From Candidatus Bathyarchaeia archaeon (GTDB lineage: Archaea > Thermoproteota > Bathyarchaeia > Bathyarchaeales > Bathycorpusculaceae): 64,000 nt of DNA. The stretch spans positions 1 through 64,000 of the forward strand of contig JBEKKX010000006.1 in the NCBI GenBank assembly GCA_050010515.1. Reading direction: 5' to 3'. Under the pieces are notes generated by a model. The model made no database searches and was not told the DNA's origin. It worked only from the letters and a program-made list of their open reading frames with translations. Of the stretch, positions 28,861 through 40,900 are shown piece by piece (position 1 is the stretch's first letter; every line of letters begins with the position of its first letter). The translations under genes were made by a program, and so were the position numbers.

Positions 28861-30147
28861 TTGATGGCTTTAGTAAAAATAAGCAAAATCTTAGAAGGAT
28901 GCTGTCTAGACCAGAAAGTAACTATACGCGGCTGGGTTTACCGTAAACGTGAAGGAAAAGAACTTGTTTTCCTAGTAATCCGCGATTCAACGGGAGTAAT
29001 CCAATGTACAGTTAAAAAAACTAGTCCCTGCTGGAACGAAGCACTACGCTTAACAATTGAATCTTCACTCACGCTTGAAGGCACCGCCAAACAGGACAAG
29101 CGTGCCCCAGGCGGATACGAGATAAGCATAGAAAACTTGACGATTATCGGTTTAGCAGAAACCTTTCCAATTGCGAAAGATAAAAGCGAAGAATTCATCC
29201 GTGACATGCGGCACCTCTGGCTTCGCAGCCGAAAAATGAATTTAGTCATGAAGGTTCGCGCTGACGTGTTAGAAGCAACACGCGAATACTTCAAAAGCCA
29301 AGATTACACAGAGGTTTCGCCGCCGATGTTTATTTCCGCGGCAGTTGAAGGCGGCTCAACTCTTTTCGGCTTAAAATATTTTGATCAAGACCTTTACCTG
29401 ACGCAGAGTTCTCAGCTTTATCTGGAAATTTTAATCTATTCTTTAGAAAATGTTTATTGCATCGCTCCCTCGTTTCGGGCTGAAAAAAGCAGGACAATTA
29501 GGCATTTAACTGAGTACTGGCACATTGAAGGCGAATGGCCGTTTGCGGATATGAATGATTTAATGAAGTTTGAAGAAGGCTTAATGATGCATGTTTGCCA
29601 AAGCATCGGCGACAAATGTCAAAAAGAATTTGCAGAGTTAGGCGCTGACATATCAAAGTTGAAAGCAGTAAAGACTCCGTTTCCAAGGATAACTTATGAA
29701 GAAGCAATCAATAGACTTAAAGTTAAAAATCAAGCGTTAAATTGGGGTGTTGATTTAGGTTACGAGGACGAGAAGGTTTTAGCTGAAGATTTCGGCAAAC
29801 CCTTCTTCGTTTATGATTACCCTACAGCGATTAAGGCGTTTTATTGCAAGACGTACCCTGACCATCCTGAAGTTGCAATGTCGGTTGATATGATGGTTCC
29901 ACGGATAGGCGAAATCAGCACAGGCGGAGCAAGAGAAGAAGACAAGGACATACTTATTCAACGTATGAAAGAGCAGGGCTTGAAACCTGAAGATTACGAA
30001 TGGTACCTTGACCTACGGCGCTACGGCACCGTGCCCCATGTTGGCTTCGGCATGGGACTAGAGCGATTGATAACTTGGATGCTTGACCTAGACAACATCA
30101 TCGACGCTATTCCATTTCCGAGAACAACCCGCAGGTTCTACCCATAA
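28861..30147 (+). CDS. asnS: asparagine--tRNA ligase
   Basis: OB-fold N-terminus, LTQSSQLYLE, FRAEKSRTIRHLTEYWHIE, YGTVPHVGFGMGLER. Confidence 0.92.
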   Translation: MMALVKISKILEGCCLDQKVTIRGWVYRKREGKELVFLVIRDSTGVIQCTVKKTSPCWNEALRLTIESSLTLEGTAKQDKRAPGGYEISIENLTIIGLAETFPIAKDKSEEFIRDMRHLWLRSRKMNLVMKVRADVLEATREYFKSQDYTEVSPPMFISAAVEGGSTLFGLKYFDQDLYLTQSSQLYLEILIYSLENVYCIAPSFRAEKSRTIRHLTEYWHIEGEWPFADMNDLMKFEEGLMMHVCQSIGDKCQKEFAELGADISKLKAVKTPFPRITYEEAINRLKVKNQALNWGVDLGYEDEKVLAEDFGKPFFVYDYPTAIKAFYCKTYPDHPEVAMSVDMMVPRIGEISTGGAREEDKDILIQRMKEQGLKPEDYEWYLDLRRYGTVPHVGFGMGLERLITWMLDLDNIIDAIPFPRTTRRFYP

Positions 30148-30158
30148 TATTTTTTTGT

Positions 30159-30869
30159 TTACGGGTAACCCGTAAAATACTCCAGTTTTAACTGTGCTTT
30201 CTGCAAGCCGATGCTTACGACAAGTGTCTTCATCGCTGCAACCATCGGCGGCGGTCCACAAACATAAAACACGTTTTCCATGTAATCAGGCAATTCCTTC
30301 TTAATCATATCTGCAGTGATTACGCCGGTTGCACCTTTCCATTGACTGGTTGCTTCGTTAACGATAAAAACGACTTTTAAATTCTTGTTTTCTTCTTGCA
30401 TTTTCTCAAGTTCTTGTTTGAATGCTATATCATTTTGCGTGCGGCAACCATAGAAGAGCGTAATTTTCGAGTTCAAGCGTTTGTCTGCGGCGTATTTGCA
30501 TATGCTCACAAAGGGGGTTATTCCTATACCTCCTGCAAGCAACGCGATTTTGGGATACTCACCCTCAAAAGTGAATTGTCCATATGGCGCGTCTATTCTT
30601 GCCCAGTCGCCTACTTTAACGGCTTTTAAAGCCATTGAATATTCGTGATCAGTCAGTTTTTTAGTAAATTCAAAGTGTTCTTTTTCTGTTGGGCTGCTGC
30701 TAAAACTAAAATGGTGAGTTAACTCTTTGTCGCCCTGTTTTATAGTTGTGAAAAAGTATTGCCCCGGCTTGTAAGCTAATTCAGGCGGTCTGGAAAACCT
30801 GTAACTGGTTACATCAGAAGTTCTAGGTATAATTTCTTTGATTTTCGTTTCAAGCTTCATAAAAATCAT
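30159..30869 (-). CDS. FAD/NAD(P)-binding ferredoxin reductase-type oxidoreductase
   Basis: PGQY, AGGIGITP, YVCGPPPM motifs. Confidence 0.88.
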   Translation of the reverse strand: MIFMKLETKIKEIIPRTSDVTSYRFSRPPELAYKPGQYFFTTIKQGDKELTHHFSFSSSPTEKEHFEFTKKLTDHEYSMALKAVKVGDWARIDAPYGQFTFEGEYPKIALLAGGIGITPFVSICKYAADKRLNSKITLFYGCRTQNDIAFKQELEKMQEENKNLKVVFIVNEATSQWKGATGVITADMIKKELPDYMENVFYVCGPPPMVAAMKTLVVSIGLQKAQLKLEYFTGYP

Positions 30870-31202
30870 GTCGCTATTTAGAATGTGCGGATTCTAGTAT
30901 AATTATTAGATTACAATAAACTTTGCGGCTAACTCGTAAGGCAATATATCAATCTAAACATGGTTAAGCAAAGAAAAGATAACTAAACACTTTAAGAAAA
31001 AAGGGTTGGAATGGGGCAGACAACGGAAAAATTGCTATTCTCGTTGTGCAGATGAAGCTATAAAAACGCTTGAATCTTTAGTCTTAGAAATTGGCAAATA
31101 TAGGCATCAAGAAAGAAAAATGTATGAAATCCCCCGAAAAGCTTTAAAATGAAACTGCAGAATTCAAGGGTTAATACAGCGAACTTGGGGAAAACACTAA
31201 AA

Positions 31203-31805
31203 ATGAGTGACGATCTGGTAACGAAATTGGCGAATCCAGCACCGCTAGGACTTTTAGGCTTTGGCGTAACTACTGTTCTACTTAACTTGGTTAACGCAGG
31301 GGCTTTTCCTCTGGACACAATGATTTTAGCTATGGGCATAGCTTACGGAGGATTAGCACAGGTTATTGTTGGAATAATGGAGTTCAAAAAAGGCAACACT
31401 TTCGGTACTGTAGCTTTCATGTCCTATGGCTTGTTCTGGTGGAGTCTCGTGATGCTTTTGGTTTTACCGAAGCTTTCGTTCCTAAGTGGATTCAGTGCTC
31501 CTTCTGCGGCTTCAATGGCGGCATATTTCATAATGTGGGGAATCTTTACCTTCGCCATGTTCTTTGGTACATTGAAGGCTAATCGCGCTTTGCAGTTCGT
31601 ATTCGGGAGCTTAACCATACTATTCTTCATGTTAACAATAAGAGAGTTAACTAACAACCCCACTCTGTTTGGATCAGTAACGTTCAACACAATCACTGGC
31701 ATTGAAGGCGTCATATGCGGCTTAAGCGCAGTATATCTTGGCGTAGCTGAAATCTTAAATGAAGCCAACCATAAAACTGTCTTACCAATTTACCCTACAA
31801 GCTAA
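31203..31805 (+). CDS. satP: acetate uptake transporter (SatP/GPR1/FUN34/YaaH family)
   Basis: [24 protein letters not shown] motifs; likely start ATG 31203. Confidence 0.92.
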   Translation: MSDDLVTKLANPAPLGLLGFGVTTVLLNLVNAGAFPLDTMILAMGIAYGGLAQVIVGIMEFKKGNTFGTVAFMSYGLFWWSLVMLLVLPKLSFLSGFSAPSAASMAAYFIMWGIFTFAMFFGTLKANRALQFVFGSLTILFFMLTIRELTNNPTLFGSVTFNTITGIEGVICGLSAVYLGVAEILNEANHKTVLPIYPTS

Positions 31806-31908
31806 AAAATAACTAAAATAACTAATTCCTTTTTTATTTTTCAATAAAATGACTGAAAAACTTATATTCTTTAGAGTTTACCCTTCCCAGCAATTTAGGT
31901 TGAGTGAA

Positions 31909-33867
31909 ATGTCAGAAGATAGTTTACCATTTGACGAGAAGTTTTGTCCAAGTATTGCAAAATTTTCTAATGGAGAAAAACGAAAGCAAGAATGGGAGAA
32001 ATCAATAAAGAATCCGCAGGAATATTGGGTGGAAAAAGCAAAAGCCATCGATTGGTTTAAGCCATTCAGCAAGGTCCTTGATGATTCTAACCCGCCGTTT
32101 TACAAGTGGTTCCCTGATGGAGAACTAAACATTTCCTACAACGCCCTAGACAGGCACGTGAAAAGTAACCGTAAAAACAAGCTTGCCTACATTTGGGAAG
32201 GCGAAATGGGAGAAGTAAAAACTTACAGTTACTATCAACTTTACCGAGAAGTAAACAAACTTGCAAAAGTACTAAAAGAATTCGGCATCAAAAAAGGCGA
32301 CCGCGTCGCAGTTTTCCTCCCCGTTATTCCTGAGTTGCCAATAACTTTGCTTGCAACAACAAGAATCGGTGGAGTCCACACAGTAGTCTTTTCAGGATTT
32401 AGTGCTGAAGCATTAACCGACAGAGTAAATGACAGTGGAGCAAAAATCCTAGTAACAGCAGACGGTTCCTTCCGAAGAGGAAAATCAATCGCCATTAAAG
32501 ACAACGCAGACCGCGGATTACCAAACATGCCTAATATTGAAAAAGTTATTGTTGTAAAACGGACTGGTCAACCTGTTCAGATGAAGGAAGGTAGAGATGT
32601 ATGGTATCATGATGCTCTTGCAAACGCAGGCGCAGACGCCTACGTGGAACCAGAAAGCATGAAATCTACAGACCCGCTATTCATCCTTTACACTTCAGGA
32701 ACTACAGGGAAACCAAAAGGTGTTCAGCATGGGATAGGCGGATACCTTGTCTGGGCTTATTGGACGCTCAAGTGGGCTTTTAACCCAACTGACGAGGATA
32801 TTTTTTGGTGTGTTGCTGACATCGGCTGGATTACCGGGCACACATACAACGTTTATGCACCGTTAAGCCTAGGCGTTACCGCATTCATTTTTGAGGGGAC
32901 ACCTGATTACCCCGCGCAAGACCGATGGTGGGACATAATTGAAAGACACGGCATAACCATCCTCTACGCTACACCAACCGCCATCAGAATGTTCATGAAA
33001 TTCGGTGAACAATGGGTAACAAAACATGACCTAAGCACCCTACGCATTCTAGGCTCAGTAGGCGAACCAATAAATCCTGAAGCGTGGAAATGGTACTACA
33101 GCGTCGTTGGCAAAGAAAAACTCCCAATAATTGACACCTGGTGGCAAACGGAAACTGGCGGATCTATGATTTCCCCCACCTCAGGAATAGAACTCACACC
33201 GTTAAAACCTGGCAGCGCAACGTTCCCAATGCCAGCAGTCAACGCTGACATCTACGATGAGAAGGGACAGCCAGTACAAGCAGGCACTAAAGGTTTTCTA
33301 GTAATCAAATCGCCATGGCCTGGAATGTTGCAGACAATTTGGAAAGACCCCGATCGATTCAAGCAAACTTACTTTGGCAGGTGGCCGGGAATATACTATT
33401 CTGGCGACTATGCTGTCCGAGACCCTGAAGGCTACTTCTGGCTCCTTGGCAGAGCCGACGAAGTTCTCAAAGTTGCCGGACACCGAATAGGAACAGTAGA
33501 GCTTGAAAGTGCATTGGTTGCGCACCCAGCGGTTTCGGAAGCAGCAGTAATGGGTAAAGAGGACGCAGTGAAAGGCGAAGTTCCAGTGGCATTCGTTGTT
33601 CTGAGAAGCGGTTTCACGCCGTCAGACGAACTTCGTGCAGAACTCATTAAGCGGATTAGAACCGCAATAGGCCCAATAGCCACTCCAGACGCTGTTATTA
33701 TAGTTAACAAGCTGCCAAAGACACGAAGCGGCAAAATCATGCGCAGACTACTTAAAGCAGTACTGTCCGGAGCACCACTCGGCGACACATCAACAATTGA
33801 AGACGAAGGCTCAATTGAAGACATAAAAGCAACATACGACGAGCTGCGAAAGCATCTAACTAAATAA
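31909..33867 (+). CDS. acs: AMP-forming acetyl-CoA synthetase
   Basis: YTSGTTGKPKG, DTWWQTETGG, LPKTRSGKIMRR; likely start ATG 31909. Confidence 0.95.
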   Translation: MSEDSLPFDEKFCPSIAKFSNGEKRKQEWEKSIKNPQEYWVEKAKAIDWFKPFSKVLDDSNPPFYKWFPDGELNISYNALDRHVKSNRKNKLAYIWEGEMGEVKTYSYYQLYREVNKLAKVLKEFGIKKGDRVAVFLPVIPELPITLLATTRIGGVHTVVFSGFSAEALTDRVNDSGAKILVTADGSFRRGKSIAIKDNADRGLPNMPNIEKVIVVKRTGQPVQMKEGRDVWYHDALANAGADAYVEPESMKSTDPLFILYTSGTTGKPKGVQHGIGGYLVWAYWTLKWAFNPTDEDIFWCVADIGWITGHTYNVYAPLSLGVTAFIFEGTPDYPAQDRWWDIIERHGITILYATPTAIRMFMKFGEQWVTKHDLSTLRILGSVGEPINPEAWKWYYSVVGKEKLPIIDTWWQTETGGSMISPTSGIELTPLKPGSATFPMPAVNADIYDEKGQPVQAGTKGFLVIKSPWPGMLQTIWKDPDRFKQTYFGRWPGIYYSGDYAVRDPEGYFWLLGRADEVLKVAGHRIGTVELESALVAHPAVSEAAVMGKEDAVKGEVPVAFVVLRSGFTPSDELRAELIKRIRTAIGPIATPDAVIIVNKLPKTRSGKIMRRLLKAVLSGAPLGDTSTIEDEGSIEDIKATYDELRKHLTK

Positions 33868-33890
33868 TTTCTTTTCTTATTTTTTTTAAA
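33867..33890 (+). terminator. T-rich archaeal terminator-like tract after acs
   Basis: TTTCTTTTCTTATTTTTTTT directly after the stop codon. Confidence 0.45.
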
Positions 33891-33943
33891 AAAAATCATA
33901 AATTATTTTACGTTAGTGATTACTAATGCCTTTAGATTAACTG

Positions 33944-35050
33944 TTAAAAGTGGAATTTGTGGCTTTTTTGCACTTCAGTGTCGAATTCTTTTGCTAATTC
34001 TTCAAGAAGCGTTCGTTGCTGGAACGTAAGTTTTTCTGGAACTGACATGCCTATGCGTATTAGTATGTCGCCTTTGCCATAAGCCCTGAAATGTGGCATT
34101 CCTTTTCCCTTCAACGTTATGACTTCGCCTACCTGCGTTCCTGGATGAATCTTGATGGTTGTTGGTCCTTCAAGGGTGGGAACGGCTATTTCAGCGCCTA
34201 ATGCTGCTTGCGGATAAGTGATTATGGCTACGTGCCATAGGTCGTCTCCTTCCCTTATAAATTGCGGGTGCGGCTTAACGTGAACGACGACATAGAGGTC
34301 GCCTGGTTCGCCATCGTCAGACGCCATTTCTCCTTCTCCTCTGAGCCTAAGCTGATTACCTTCATCTATGCCCATTGGAATTTTAACGGTGATTTTACGG
34401 CGTATCCTAACCCGCCCTGTACCATGACAATTACTACATGGCTTTTCAATCAGTTGGCCTTTTCCTTTACATGTTGGGCAAGCAGTCACTTGCACGTACA
34501 TCCCGAAGCCGCTTTTGCGCATATTTTGCACTTGACCCGAACCGCCGCACCTTGGGCAAATTTTAACGGAAGTGCCTGGGGCAGCGCCTGAACCCTCGCA
34601 TACATTGCATTTTTCAGTTCGTGGGATTTCAATTTCTTTTTCGGCTCCGTTAGCAGCCTCTTCCAAGGTTATTTCAAGGTCATAAGCTAAGTCTTGGCCT
34701 ATGTTTCTTCTTTCGCCTCCGAATCCCCCGCCGAAGAAAGTTCGGAAAATGTCCCCGAAACCCATGTCTCTAAAAACAGAGTCAAAGTTGGCACCTCTGA
34801 AAATGTCTTCTGAACTGTATCTTTGGTCAAAACCTGAATGGCCAAGGGTATCGTATTGTTGTCGTTTTTGGTCGTCGGAGAGAACAGCATAAGCTTCAGA
34901 GATTTCTTTGAATCTTTCTTCTGCTCCAGGAGACTTGTTTCGGTCTGGATGGAATTGCATTGCCAGTTTTCTGTAAGCGTCTTTGATTTCGTCCTTTGAT
35001 GCGTTGCGTTGTACGCCTAGAACTTCGTAGTAGTCTCGTTTTTCAGCCAT
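33944..35050 (-). CDS. dnaJ: chaperone DnaJ
   Basis: J domain HPD, G/F region, four CxxCxGxG repeats. Confidence 0.97.
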   Translation of the reverse strand: MAEKRDYYEVLGVQRNASKDEIKDAYRKLAMQFHPDRNKSPGAEERFKEISEAYAVLSDDQKRQQYDTLGHSGFDQRYSSEDIFRGANFDSVFRDMGFGDIFRTFFGGGFGGERRNIGQDLAYDLEITLEEAANGAEKEIEIPRTEKCNVCEGSGAAPGTSVKICPRCGGSGQVQNMRKSGFGMYVQVTACPTCKGKGQLIEKPCSNCHGTGRVRIRRKITVKIPMGIDEGNQLRLRGEGEMASDDGEPGDLYVVVHVKPHPQFIREGDDLWHVAIITYPQAALGAEIAVPTLEGPTTIKIHPGTQVGEVITLKGKGMPHFRAYGKGDILIRIGMSVPEKLTFQQRTLLEELAKEFDTEVQKSHKFHF

Positions 35051-35082
35051 TAGATTTTACCGCTAAATCAGCATCTATTATT

Positions 35083-37008
35083 TTATTTGACTTTGTAATC
35101 TTCTGAATCAACCACTCTCTCTTGACCTGATTCTTCGGGACCTGGACCTTCAGGACCGCCGCTTGGGGGTGGTTGGGGTCCTGTTCCTGCTTCTGGTCCT
35201 TGGCCTGGTTGTTGCTGTCCCTTCTGTTTTGCGTATTCTGCTGCTGCTTGCTGGTAAACCTTCGTTCCGACATCCTGCAGTACCTTCTGGAGTGCGTCGG
35301 ATTTTGTTTTCACCAGTACCATGTCATTGCTTGCTAGAGCGTTTTTGAGTTCTGTTACTGCCGCGTCGATTTTTCCTATTTCTTCCTGTGTGATTTTGCC
35401 TGCAAGGTCTGTCTTTGTTCGTTCCGCCGTGTAGACTAGGCTGTCAGCGTTGTTGCGCAGTTCAGCTTCTTCCCTTTTCTTTTTGTCTTGCTCTGCGTAT
35501 TGGTCGGCGTCTTTGATTAAACGTTCCTTTTCTTCTTTAGATAGCTTGGTGGATGCGGTTATGCGTATTTTTGATTCTTTTCCTGTGCCTAAGTCTTTGG
35601 CAGTTACGTTCATTATACCGTTGGCGTCGATGTCGAATGTCACTTCTATCTGTGGGACGCCTCGTGGTGCAGGCGGCAAATCTACGAGGTTAAACATGCC
35701 AAGTGAAACGTTGTCCCCTGCCATTGCACGTTCGCCTTGGAGCACGTGGATGGTGACTGCTGTCTGGAAGTCCGCTGCTGTCGTGAAGATTTGGCTTCTC
35801 TTAGTTGGAATGGTCGTGTTCTTTTCCATTACTTTAGTGTGTACGCCGCCCATGGTTTCTACACCGAGCGACAATGGTGTAACGTCAAGTAAAAGTAGGT
35901 CTGTGACTTCGCCTGTTATGACTGCTGCTTGGATGGCTGCTCCTATTGCAACGCATTCCATGGGGTCAAGTCCACGTTCGGGCGCTTTGCCTAAGATTTG
36001 CTCAACAAACCTTTGAACAAGTGGCATTCTGGTCATTCCGCCGATTAGAATGATTTTGTCGATTCCTTGCGGCGTCAGTTTTGCGTCTTCAAGAGCTTTC
36101 AGAAGGGTAGGTTGTGTTCGCTGCACGATTGGTTGCGCTAAAGATTCCAGTTTAGTTCGCGTTAATGTTAGGTGTAGGTGTTTTGGTCCTGAAGCGTCTG
36201 CTGTTAAAAATGGCAGGTCGATGTCGGTGCTCATCAGCGCTGAAAGCTCAATTTTGGCTTTTTCCGCGGCTTCTTTAAGCCTAGGCATTGCCATTCTGTC
36301 GCCTGAGACATCTATGCCTGTTTGACGTTTGAACTCGCCTAAAATGTAGTCCATGACTGCTTTGTCAACGTCTGTTCCGCCGAGTTGGGTGTCACCGCTT
36401 GTGCTGAGCACTTGGAAGACTCCTTTGCCAAAATCCATTACTGTGACGTCGTGTGTTCCGCCGCCGAAGCTGAACACGAGAATTTTCATTTCTTGCTGTA
36501 CCTTGTCTATGCCGTATGCGAGGCATGCAGCTGTGGGTTCGTTGACTATTCGCATGACTTGGAAGCCTGCAATTTCTCCTGCATCTTTGGTTGCTTGGCG
36601 TTGGTTGTCATTAAAGTGTGCTGGAACAGTAATGACTGCTTTGCGCATAGTGCCGCCAAGGTAGGTTTCTGCGTCCTTCTTTATTTTTTGCAGTATGAAT
36701 GCTGAGATTTGCTGGGGACTGTACTCTTTTCCGTAAACGTTGACTTTGTAGTCAGTGCCCATTTTGCGTTTTATTTCAAAAATTGTTCCTTCTGGGTTGG
36801 TGGCTGCTTGGCGTTTCGCTGGTTCACCTACCAAGAGTTGTCCGTCTTTTGTGAAGGCAACAACTGATGGGAACATTTTTCCCGCCATTGTAGGGCCTTC
36901 TGCGCTTGGGATAACTGTTGCGTGTCCGCCTTCATATATGGCGGCTGCTGAATTGGTTGTTCCCAAATCTATTCCTAATACTTTTTCACTTGTTTTTTGA
37001 TTACTCAT
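35083..37008 (-). CDS. dnaK: chaperone DnaK
   Basis: [43 protein letters not shown]. Confidence 0.97.
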   Translation of the reverse strand: MSNQKTSEKVLGIDLGTTNSAAAIYEGGHATVIPSAEGPTMAGKMFPSVVAFTKDGQLLVGEPAKRQAATNPEGTIFEIKRKMGTDYKVNVYGKEYSPQQISAFILQKIKKDAETYLGGTMRKAVITVPAHFNDNQRQATKDAGEIAGFQVMRIVNEPTAACLAYGIDKVQQEMKILVFSFGGGTHDVTVMDFGKGVFQVLSTSGDTQLGGTDVDKAVMDYILGEFKRQTGIDVSGDRMAMPRLKEAAEKAKIELSALMSTDIDLPFLTADASGPKHLHLTLTRTKLESLAQPIVQRTQPTLLKALEDAKLTPQGIDKIILIGGMTRMPLVQRFVEQILGKAPERGLDPMECVAIGAAIQAAVITGEVTDLLLLDVTPLSLGVETMGGVHTKVMEKNTTIPTKRSQIFTTAADFQTAVTIHVLQGERAMAGDNVSLGMFNLVDLPPAPRGVPQIEVTFDIDANGIMNVTAKDLGTGKESKIRITASTKLSKEEKERLIKDADQYAEQDKKKREEAELRNNADSLVYTAERTKTDLAGKITQEEIGKIDAAVTELKNALASNDMVLVKTKSDALQKVLQDVGTKVYQQAAAEYAKQKGQQQPGQGPEAGTGPQPPPSGGPEGPGPEESGQERVVDSEDYKVK

Positions 37009-37554
37009 TTACTTTTTTTCCTCCATTTGGTTACTTTGATTGTTTTTTGATGGTTTGACTGCTACTTTGACGATGGTGGGTCGAATTACTTTGCCCTTCA
37101 TCATGTAGCCTTTTCTTATTTCCTCAATCACGGTGCCGTCTTCAACATCGTCTTGCTCTACAGCGGCAATAGCGTTATGACGTGTGGGGTCAAAAGCTTT
37201 GCCCTCTGGGCTTTCTATTGGAGTGACACCTTCTTGCTCAAGAACCTTTCTGAGCTTTTTCAGCGTCATTTCCACGCCTTCTAGCAAGGATTCGGGCGAT
37301 GTTGAGATTTCGCCGTTTTTAACCGCTAACTCCAGCTCATCCACAACATCCAGTAGTTGGATGACTAAGCGTTCGGTGCAGTAATTCTTGGTCTGCTCCG
37401 CTTCACGGTCAAACCGTTTCTTAAAGTTATCAAGGTCAGCCTGCAAATACTTAAGCCTAGTCAAATAATCTTCTGCACGTTTCCGCTCACAATCCAGAAG
37501 CTGCTCTAGCTGGTCAACAGACTTCTCTTCTTGCTCTTTTTGTGCATCAACCAT
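37009..37554 (-). CDS. grpE: nucleotide exchange factor GrpE
   Basis: ADLDNFKKR, FDPTRHNA, KGY...VIRP; abuts dnaK. Confidence 0.95.
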   Translation of the reverse strand: MVDAQKEQEEKSVDQLEQLLDCERKRAEDYLTRLKYLQADLDNFKKRFDREAEQTKNYCTERLVIQLLDVVDELELAVKNGEISTSPESLLEGVEMTLKKLRKVLEQEGVTPIESPEGKAFDPTRHNAIAAVEQDDVEDGTVIEEIRKGYMMKGKVIRPTIVKVAVKPSKNNQSNQMEEKK

Positions 37555-37691
37555 TTTACGCTAGCTCCTTGTGTTTAAAAGCAATCTAACAATCAAACAA
37601 AAAAATTTTTCGCCTTAAAAGGCTTTACCTTTAAAATGTGCAAAGTTAAGAAAAAACATCAAAATTTGTAATAAGTAATTGGTTTTATCGA

Positions 37692-37972
37692 CTAGTGTTT
37701 CAACTGTTTCTTAACTGCTTCTTCGGCTGCTTTGACTGCTTCGGGTAGTTTGTCGCATTTTGTTCCTCCGCCTTGTGCAAAGTTGGGTCTTCCGCCGCCT
37801 CCGCCGCCAAAAATCGGTGCAACCTCTTTCACTATTTGGTTTGCGTTTACGCCTTTTTGCACCGCGTTTTCTCCAGCCATAACCATGAGTCTGCAGGTTT
37901 TTCCGTCAGAACCATAAAACAGCGTTACGGTTGCTGGGTTGCGCTTGATAATCTCCGCGGGGTTTTCACCAT
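37692..37972 (-). pseudogene. orphan 3' fragment of alaS (C-Ala/DHHA1 domain)
   Basis: MVKT/frameshift/EIIKRNPATVTLFYGSDGKTCRLMVMAGENAVQKG..GGGGGGRPNFAQGGG..AVKKQLKH aligns with the C-terminus of alaS at 42315-42610. Confidence 0.85.
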
Positions 37973-40900
37973 GGGCGCCTATTCGGCAAGTTTTCTTTTG
38001 ATTACCATATTTATCATAAATTTATCATTAGAATTTGCTTAACTAAAAACAAGAAATTTCTTTAATGATTATGTCGGATTTTCTTTATTCGCGATATTAA
38101 TTAGCGCAATCTTTGCTGCCATTCGAACACGGCTTTCATAATTGTTATGAGAATCAGCCCTGTATTTAGAGAATTTTGGTAAAGGTGATTTTATTATATT
38201 TGTTAGAAGCAATATCGCTGCGCTATCTCCGATTATGTCCAAAGACTCGATGATCTCGAGCCTATAATCCAAAGCCTCGAACCATTCCTCTTCCTTCGGA
38301 GGAATAAAATCTTCATAAAGCCTTATCAACCTGTCTGTGGCCGATCTACTTGCAATTTTGCCCAACGTAATTACCGTCTCTTTCCAAAGCTCTGTCGGAT
38401 TTCCGAAAGTTGGTTGGTTCATCCAATTTAAGCCCTTGGCAACTTGCCTTTTATCTTCAAAAATCTGCATTAAGCTCGTGATTGATTTAGCATTTCCTAT
38501 TTCCCCGAGTGCCCGCACAATCGATATTTTTGCATTATAATCCGATTCTGTTGAAAGCAGGTTAAGCAAAGGTGTCACTCCAACTCCACTCTTAAGTTTA
38601 CCTATGGAATCTATTGCGGATATTCTGACTTGCGGGTCGGAATCAGTCAAGAAAGAGATTAACGGTTTCATAACTTGATTTCCTCCAATTTCACCTAGCG
38701 CGTCAGCCACAGCCTGCCGTATTTTCGGTTGGCCGCTTTTCATAGGTACTATAAGCGTTTCAACACTATTTTGATCACCGATTTTTCCAAGGGCGATTAT
38801 CGAATGAATCCGAGTTTTTTCATCGCTTGTTTTTACAAAAGAAGTTAGTAAATCGACCGCGCTCTTCGTTCTCATGCGGCCAAGTCCATCAATAGCCAGC
38901 AATCTAAGGTCGGGATTCTTCTCTTGTTCTCTTGATATTTGTAGAAGAATATTTTCTGCTTCTCCCCCACCAATCATTTCAATAGCAAGCATAATCTCTT
39001 TTTCATATCGTCCTTCATTGCTTTTCATGAATTCGACCAAAGGTTCAATTCCCGAATCTATTCTTAACTCGCCAATAGCTTCGATTATACAATTCATGTG
39101 AGTAGATGTGCCCTCTCTCAAAACTTGCACTAGTAAAGGAAGTGCTGCTTCAACTCCTAAGGCTTGGAAGGCATCAAATATGTGTCGTCTGTTTTCTGTT
39201 TTCTTATTACAAAGCAGGTCGACCAGCGCGGGTATCGCTTTGTTACTACCAATCATTCCCAACGCAATTATAGCATTTTTTGCAACAATTGTATCGGTCT
39301 CGTTCAATAACCCAATAAGTGGTGTTAATATGTCATTTCCGCCAATTCTACCCAGTGCTTCAATTGCTCGACTTCTAACTTGTTTATCGTCATCAGATAG
39401 CAACCCAAGAAGCGGTTTGATGGCTGCCCTATTCTGGGTTATGCCTAGTGCCTCTGAGGCGCTAATCCGAATCCACTTATTTGGACTTTTTAGTAGTTCA
39501 ATAAGCGAAATAGTTACCTTGTCATTCCAATTCTTCTGGAGATTTTCACTTGTAAAAAGTATGTTTCCTATAGATTCTGTGGCTGATGTTACAACCATTT
39601 CGTCGGTATCTTGAAGGGCGGTTAGCAGGAATTCAAGTGATTCTTCAGTACATTTTTTTCCTAATATCTCAATTACAGATTTTTTAGTATAAGCATCAGC
39701 GTTATCTGCCATTTTCAAGAGTTTTTTTGTTATGTTTTCGTTTTTTATCTTTGACAACGCTCTTACAATTGCATAACGCAAAGACAAGTCTTGTTTGTCC
39801 TTAAGTGCATTGATCAAGCCTTCGACTGCTTCATTACTTCCTACTTCTGATAAGGAATTAATTGCTTCGTTCCATACATCAGAATCTTCGTCATCTAGCG
39901 CTTTTATCAAGTACTCAGTAACTCTATTATCACCAAGTTCTCCTAGCGTCTTTATCGCAAAGACCTTAAAGTTGCCTTTAATCGCTAAATTGCCGATTAT
40001 ACCTATACTGGTTTCAGGCCTTTTGAGTTTACGTGATAAATTTATTACAAACGTTTCCCAGGTAGGTTCTTGGGACTTAAGGATCTCGTTTATCATGGAT
40101 ATATGAATATCCTGTTTTTTTCCTTCCATCATCATTACAAGATACTGAATGGTTCCCCTCATAATTCTAAATTTTTTCGCTTCATCGATAAAATTGTTCA
40201 AATCATTGATTATTTCTGCTTGTTCTTTTTTTTGCCATTGGTAATCAGATCCGTAAATTATCCATCTTGCCATGACATATTCGAAAAATGCCTCGTAAGC
40301 AAAGCCTACTACTCTATCCCCTTCCCAATTAAGATAGGTAATAAGATTTTCGCTAAGTATCTTACTCAACACTGTTTCTAAATCAGCTGTTGTATCACCA
40401 AGAAGAGCTATTATTTCTGTTTTTGGCAGTTCGCTTTTTTGTTTCTTCTTAAGTTCGGCCACGAATTTGTACATTTGTTCTGTGGCTTTACTCTCTTTAC
40501 CTGTATGTTCGAGCTTCCTTAACCAATATTGATCGAATATTTCAATTCTTCGAACGTCACTAGGAAGATTTTGACCTTCAAATCCTTCGGCAAGAAATCT
40601 CAACATTAGCGGATGCAAACAGATAGCCCTGAGTTCCTTTACAAGAGTTCCCTTGAGTTGATATAACCGCTTATATAATGTCCATGCTTCTTTGAACTCT
40701 TTTGCATTAAACTCATTGAAGCGCAGGTCGTTTTTCATGAAAACGCGGCCTTTTTTTGAGTAAAGGCGATCCAGGAATCCTTCATTATCCTTCAGGAAGA
40801 ATTCCCAATCCATGTCTCGACAGCTAATATAGAATTTGATTCTGTTACCGATATTATTTTGAACTATATCTGCCAAGTCTCTTTTGATCGCCTGTGGGTT

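Noticed and set aside
35163-37000. Series of + strand ORFs opposite dnaK, and similar antisense ORFs over acs, purA, alaS, the HEAT protein and malic enzyme
   Set aside because: Antisense shadows of conserved genes, with no motifs.
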